From Candidatus Saganbacteria bacterium (GTDB lineage Bacteria; Margulisbacteria; WOR-1; XYC2-FULL-46-14; WPAF01), in the NCBI GenBank assembly GCA_009772965.1, contig WPAF01000001.1, positions 78,639 through 142,638 of the forward strand: DNA of 64,000 nucleotides, in the 5' to 3' direction. This document shows, piece by piece, positions 59,563 to 64,000 of this stretch. Made by a program: the position numbers and the translations under genes. Every line of letters starts with the position of its first letter. Positions within the stretch are counted from its first letter, which is position 1. The notes under the pieces are model-generated. The model searched no databases, had not been told where the DNA came from, and was given only the letters and a program-made list of their open reading frames with translations.

Positions 59563-60899
59563 TATCCAACTTCTTCGTAGCGGGTTTCCTTGCTGCAGAA
59601 TTTTACTAGATCTTTTCTAAAAACAAGTTCAACCATGCCCACCGGGCCATTTCTCTGTTTCGCTATAATAATTTCCGCGACATTGCCTTTTTCTGACTGG
59701 GGATTATAATAATCTTCCCTGTGGATAAACATAACTACATCCGCCGTCTGCTCAATTTCTCCGGATTCCCTTAAGTCAGAAAGGCGGGGAATGCGATCAG
59801 TCCGCTGTTCAACGGCTCTTGAAAGCTGGGATAAAGCAATAACCGGAATTTCCAATTCTCTCGCCATTGTTTTTAAAGACCTGGCAATCTCTGAAATTTC
59901 CTGCACCCTATTTTCTATCCTGCCTTTGCTTGACATAAGCTGCAAATAATCAATAAAAACCGCGCCAATCCCCTTTTCCAATTTCATCCTGCGGCATTTA
60001 GCCCTTATTTCCATTGAAGTAATGGATGCGGAATCATCAATATATATTTTTGCTTCAGAAAGCTTAGCTAAAGCCCGTGTCAATTTTTTCCAGCCGGTAT
60101 CCGGTAATGATGCGGTCCTTAGCCTTAACGCGTCAATTTCGGCTTCAGAGCATAACATGCGCTGCGCCAGCTGTTCCTTGCTCATTTCCAAAGAAAATAC
60201 TGCGACCGGGATATTATGTTTAATTGCCATATTTTGGGCAATATTCATGGCTAATGCAGTTTTACCAACCGATGGGCGGGCCGCAATAATTATAAAATCA
60301 GAAGATTGAAAACCGGCTGTCATATTGTCTAAATCCGTAAAACCGGTTGGAATGCCAGTAATATGCTCCTTCTTGCCATATAACCTGTCTATTTTATCCA
60401 GGACATTTTTTAATACTTCATCAATCCTGTGAAATCCTTCATGAACTCTTTTTAAAGCGATTCCAAAAATTGATTTTTCCGCTTCATCTAAAATGTGATC
60501 GACATTATCAGGCTCTTCAAAGGCCTTCTGGACAATTCTTGTCCCGGCATCAATCAGCCTTCGAAGGGTTGCTTTTTCTTCAACGATTTTCGAATAGAAT
60601 TCCATATTTCCGGCAGTAGGCACAGAATTGATCAAATCCGCAACATAAACCGATCCTCCCGCCAATTCTAATTTATTACTTCTGCGCAGTGTTTCGGTAA
60701 TAGTAATTAAATCTATCGGCTCTCCCCTGTCAAACAGCTCGATTATCGCCTCAAAAACAAATCTATGCGCATCGCGATAAAAACTGTCCGGGGTGAGCAT
60801 TTCAAGCCCTTTAATAATCGCGGACTTATCAATCAGCATTGAGCCGATCACAGACTGTTCGGCCTGCAGGTTCTGGGGCGGAACGCGGTCTTCAGACAT
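59562..60899 (-). CDS. dnaB: Replicative DNA helicase DnaB
   Basis: 445 aa; PQNLQAEQSVIGSML N-terminus, GKTA Walker A. Confidence 0.9.
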   Translation of the reverse strand: MSEDRVPPQNLQAEQSVIGSMLIDKSAIIKGLEMLTPDSFYRDAHRFVFEAIIELFDRGEPIDLITITETLRRSNKLELAGGSVYVADLINSVPTAGNMEFYSKIVEEKATLRRLIDAGTRIVQKAFEEPDNVDHILDEAEKSIFGIALKRVHEGFHRIDEVLKNVLDKIDRLYGKKEHITGIPTGFTDLDNMTAGFQSSDFIIIAARPSVGKTALAMNIAQNMAIKHNIPVAVFSLEMSKEQLAQRMLCSEAEIDALRLRTASLPDTGWKKLTRALAKLSEAKIYIDDSASITSMEIRAKCRRMKLEKGIGAVFIDYLQLMSSKGRIENRVQEISEIARSLKTMARELEIPVIALSQLSRAVEQRTDRIPRLSDLRESGEIEQTADVVMFIHREDYYNPQSEKGNVAEIIIAKQRNGPVGMVELVFRKDLVKFCSKETRYEEVG

Positions 60900-60916
60900 G
60901 TATTGCCTCCAATAAA

Positions 60917-62842
60917 TTATTTTCTGATTTGAACTTTAAGCGAATTTTCCAGTTCTTTTTGGATATTTTCAAACGAAACGCTTACTTCTTCGTCTGTTAA
61001 AGTTTTATTTTTATCCCTAAATGATATCCGGTAGGCTTGGCTGTTTTTATAAATATCAAATATTTCAACCGATTCAACTAAATCTCCCCGTTTAATAGTT
61101 TCAAGAATGATTTGTGACGCAACACCTTGAGGGACAAACATGGCAAGATCCCTTTCTACTTTTGGATATTTTGGCAATGGCTTGTAAAATTTATTTGGTT
61201 TATTTAACGCCAAAAGCCGGTCAAGGTCAATTTCAAAGGCATAAACCTCAATATTCTTAAAAAGGTCGGGGTGAATTGCTCCAAATTTCCCAATTATCTT
61301 AAGCTGGGCAATAATTGAGGCGGATTTCCCTGGATGGAAGTGTTTTCCTATGTAGGATTCCAGCTTATAATCATGTGTAAATTCCTGCAGCAAACTTTCT
61401 ACCATTCCCTTTAATTTATAAAAATCCGCATCCCCTCCGGCAATCAAGCCGGATAAAACATTTTTTTCATCGGGTATTTTTTCTGTAGAATAAACCTTGC
61501 CAACCTCAAAAATATTTACTTTGCTTGCTTGATGCCTTAAATTATGCGATAAAACCCGCAAAAGGCTGTAAATCAAACTTGTCCGCATCACCGATTCTTC
61601 CTGCGCCATTGGATTTGAAATATTAATCGCGCCGGCTTCGGCCATTAAAGGCGCAACCATGCTAAAGGTTTGAACCTCAAAAAGCCCGCATCCTAGAAGT
61701 ATCTCCCTGACTTTTCTAATGCGATTATGGCTTGATTCAAACGTTTTTGCCTTTATTTCAGGCATCGTTTCGTTAATTTTATCAAACCCATAAATCCTCG
61801 CTATTTCTTCAATTAAATCTATTTCTCTTTCAACATCCCCCGCCCTCCATGACGGAACCTCTACAATAATTTTATCTTTCGTTTCTTTTTTAATCTTAAA
61901 GCCAAGAAGCTTTAATATTGCGGCCGATTCTTTTCTGTTGATATTAACGCCCAGAATGTTTTTTATCCTTTCATTTCTTAACGCGATAGTTTTATTTTTT
62001 TGGGGTTTGGCTTTAACATCAATTTTTCCCTTTAAAACTACTCCACCGGCAATTCCTGAAATCAATGCCGCCGCCCTATCAAGGGCTTCCTCAACCATGT
62101 CAAAATCAACTCTTTTCTCAAAACGCATGGAAGCCTCAGTCCTAAGCTTTATCTTTTTAGAGGATTTTACAATCGATGCTGGCTCAAAAAACGCGGATTC
62201 TAAAATTATTTTTTTAGTTCCGGGCATAACTGATGAATCTAGCCCTCCCATAATTCCCGCAATCGCGATTGGTTTTAGAGGGTCAGAAATCAATAAGGAT
62301 TCTTCATCAAGAATTCTTTCAAGCCCGTCGAGAGTTATTATCTTTTCCCCGTGCTTTGCCTGCCTGACAATTATTTTAGATATCTTCTCCGCGTCAAAAG
62401 CATGCATTGGCTGCCCAAGTTCAATTAATAAGTAATTGGTTATATCAACAATATTATTTACTGGCCTAATTCCTGCCAGAAGAAGCCTTTTTTTAAGCCA
62501 TTCAGGGGAATCCGCGACAACAACCCCCCCAATAACCCTAGCCATATACCTTGGGCAAAGTTTTTTTTCCTTTACTTCAACCGTTAATTTTATCTTCTCT
62601 TTTGATTCAACAACTCTAAATGGTTTTTTTATTAATCTGGTTTTCAATATTGCTGAAACTTCTCTTGCTGCCCCTAAAATGCTTTCGCAGTCGCCCCTAT
62701 TTGGCAGAATGTCCACAGCAATCACCTTAGCATCTTCCGCGACAATTGCCTCTAACCCGGCCAAAGTTAATTTTTTGGCCAAAGCCTCTGGAGGAACATT
62801 TATCTTAACAAACTCTTTTAACCAATCAATTGGAACTCTCAT
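60917..62842 (-). CDS. pheT: Phenylalanine--tRNA ligase beta subunit (short form lacking the N-terminal tRNA-binding OB domain)
   Basis: 641 aa; B3/B4 motif NNIVDITNYLLIELGQPMHAFD. It starts directly with the B1-like segment. Confidence 0.8.
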   Translation of the reverse strand: MRVPIDWLKEFVKINVPPEALAKKLTLAGLEAIVAEDAKVIAVDILPNRGDCESILGAAREVSAILKTRLIKKPFRVVESKEKIKLTVEVKEKKLCPRYMARVIGGVVVADSPEWLKKRLLLAGIRPVNNIVDITNYLLIELGQPMHAFDAEKISKIIVRQAKHGEKIITLDGLERILDEESLLISDPLKPIAIAGIMGGLDSSVMPGTKKIILESAFFEPASIVKSSKKIKLRTEASMRFEKRVDFDMVEEALDRAAALISGIAGGVVLKGKIDVKAKPQKNKTIALRNERIKNILGVNINRKESAAILKLLGFKIKKETKDKIIVEVPSWRAGDVEREIDLIEEIARIYGFDKINETMPEIKAKTFESSHNRIRKVREILLGCGLFEVQTFSMVAPLMAEAGAINISNPMAQEESVMRTSLIYSLLRVLSHNLRHQASKVNIFEVGKVYSTEKIPDEKNVLSGLIAGGDADFYKLKGMVESLLQEFTHDYKLESYIGKHFHPGKSASIIAQLKIIGKFGAIHPDLFKNIEVYAFEIDLDRLLALNKPNKFYKPLPKYPKVERDLAMFVPQGVASQIILETIKRGDLVESVEIFDIYKNSQAYRISFRDKNKTLTDEEVSVSFENIQKELENSLKVQIRK

Positions 62843-62857
62843 TAATAATTCTCCATG

Positions 62858-63874
62858 TTAAAATTGCTCCAAAAATCTTAAATCATTCTCAAAAAATAAC
62901 CTAATGTCGTCAATCCCGAATTTAAGCATGGCAATTCTTTCTATCCCCATGCCAAACGCGTAACCGGAAAATTTTTCCGAATTATACCCGACAAATTTAA
63001 AAACATTCGGGTCAACCATGCCGGAGCCCAATATTTCAAGCCAGCCGGTATTTTTACATAAACGACATCCAGCCCCATTGCAAAGGACGCATTCAACATC
63101 CACCTCCGCGGACGGTTCGGTAAATGGGAAATAGCTTGGGCGAAACCTGACTTTTTTTTCTTTGCCAAAAACCTGGCGTAAAAAATAAGAGAGTGTTCCT
63201 TTTAAGTCCCCAAAAGTTATTTTTTTATCCACCAATAATCCTTCCAGCTGATGAAAAACAGGAGAATGGGTTACATCTGAATCGCGCCGATAAACCCTGC
63301 CAGGCGCTATGATTGCCAGCGGCGGCTTTTGTTTTTCCATCACCCTAATCTGCACAGGAGATGTATGCGTCCGCAAAAGCAATTCATTATTTATCCAGAG
63401 GGTTGACCACATATCGCGGCTGGGATGATATTTGGGAATATTTAAAGCTTCAAAATTATAATATTCAGTTTCAATATCAGGGCCTTCCGCTATTGAAAAT
63501 CCCATGCGGATAAAAATCCCTATCATCTCATCCATAACTTGCGTGATTGGATGCAATTTTCCTCTTTTAATAAACTTGCCAGGCAAGGTAATATCTAAAA
63601 CTTCAGAATTTATCTTATTTTGGGTTAATTGGGCGCTGAATTGCGCTTTTCTTGATGCTATAAGCCCTTCAATTTTTATTTTTGTTTCATTTAATGCTTT
63701 GCCGAAATTGCGCCTTTCTTCTTCGGGTAGGATTTTCAGGTTTCTCATCAGTTCGGTAAGCAGGCCTTTTTTACCAAGATAGCGGATTTGGGCATCATCA
63801 ATATCTGATAAGCTTTTTGCATTTGTAATATTCTCTAACGCTTCATTTTCGATTGCTCTTATTCTTTCAACCAT
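62858..63874 (-). CDS. pheS: Phenylalanine--tRNA ligase alpha subunit
   Basis: 338 aa; class II motifs (FRPSYFPFTEPS, GMGIERIAML). Confidence 0.9.
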   Translation of the reverse strand: MVERIRAIENEALENITNAKSLSDIDDAQIRYLGKKGLLTELMRNLKILPEEERRNFGKALNETKIKIEGLIASRKAQFSAQLTQNKINSEVLDITLPGKFIKRGKLHPITQVMDEMIGIFIRMGFSIAEGPDIETEYYNFEALNIPKYHPSRDMWSTLWINNELLLRTHTSPVQIRVMEKQKPPLAIIAPGRVYRRDSDVTHSPVFHQLEGLLVDKKITFGDLKGTLSYFLRQVFGKEKKVRFRPSYFPFTEPSAEVDVECVLCNGAGCRLCKNTGWLEILGSGMVDPNVFKFVGYNSEKFSGYAFGMGIERIAMLKFGIDDIRLFFENDLRFLEQF

Positions 63875-64000
63875 CTCTGCCTCACTGCTTCATAAAGAAA
63901 AATCGATGCCGTCATTGCCGCATTTAACGATTCGGCTTTGCCTAGAATCGGCACGCTTGCTACATTGTCGCATAAATCCAAAATATTATCAGGTATTCCT
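63859..64000 (-). CDS. SpoU/TrmH-family RNA 2'-O-methyltransferase, C-terminal fragment (start lies beyond the window)
   Basis: Reverse translation of the window end gives GIPDNILDLCDNVASVPILGKAESLNAAMTASIFLYEAVRQRWLKE*, the SPOUT C-terminal knot motif. The stop overlaps the pheS start by 16 nt. Confidence 0.6.
   Translation of the reverse strand, partial: GIPDNILDLCDNVASVPILGKAESLNAAMTASIFLYEAVRQRWLKE

Overview
This AT-rich 64-kb window is probably from an uncultivated diderm bacterium, since it carries Wza-like and LptD/OstA-like genes. Genes are packed end to end. Only two CDS sit on the plus strand (rpmB and a SPASM radical SAM gene), and many neighbours overlap by 4 nt at start/stop. 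About 41 kb (1-41.6 kb) is one very large glycan-biosynthesis island split into two operons that diverge or converge around 10.7-11.8 kb. The long operon (41.6 -> 11.85 kb, about 28 genes) holds a pseudaminic-acid-type nonulosonic acid core: PseB, PseC, PseG, PseF and a NeuB/PseI-like synthase. The usual acetyl-CoA N-acetyltransferase is replaced by a lipoyl-domain/NeuD-family acyltransferase fusion sitting next to E1 alpha and beta subunits and a lipoate-ligase-like gene. Four B12-binding radical SAM enzymes (three in the long operon, one in the short operon), a TylCIII-type sugar C-methyltransferase, an ACP/AMP-ligase/aminotransferase/PdxA/IMPase sub-cluster, a GtrB-like GT2 and a 760-aa polytopic membrane protein are also present. 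The short operon (10.7 -> 1 kb) starts with a small HTH gene and encodes a GDP-6-deoxyhexose-type pathway (GMD-like and two GDP-fucose-synthase-like genes). It carries two further paralogous E1 alpha/beta pairs and another B12 radical SAM enzyme. Upstream lie Wzz-like and Wza-like export genes, an epimerase pseudogene remnant and a consensus sigma70 promoter. The last 19 kb is a conserved housekeeping block: lhgO-like, murE, rfbB, rmlA-like, rph, coaD, rsmD, recG, rpmB, mltG, ruvX, alaS, tmk, lptD-like, dnaB, pheT, pheS and a partial trmH-family gene. No tRNA, rRNA, CRISPR or transposase was recognised. Database hits, HMM scores and GC values were not computed; every call rests on reading the supplied translations and the DNA.
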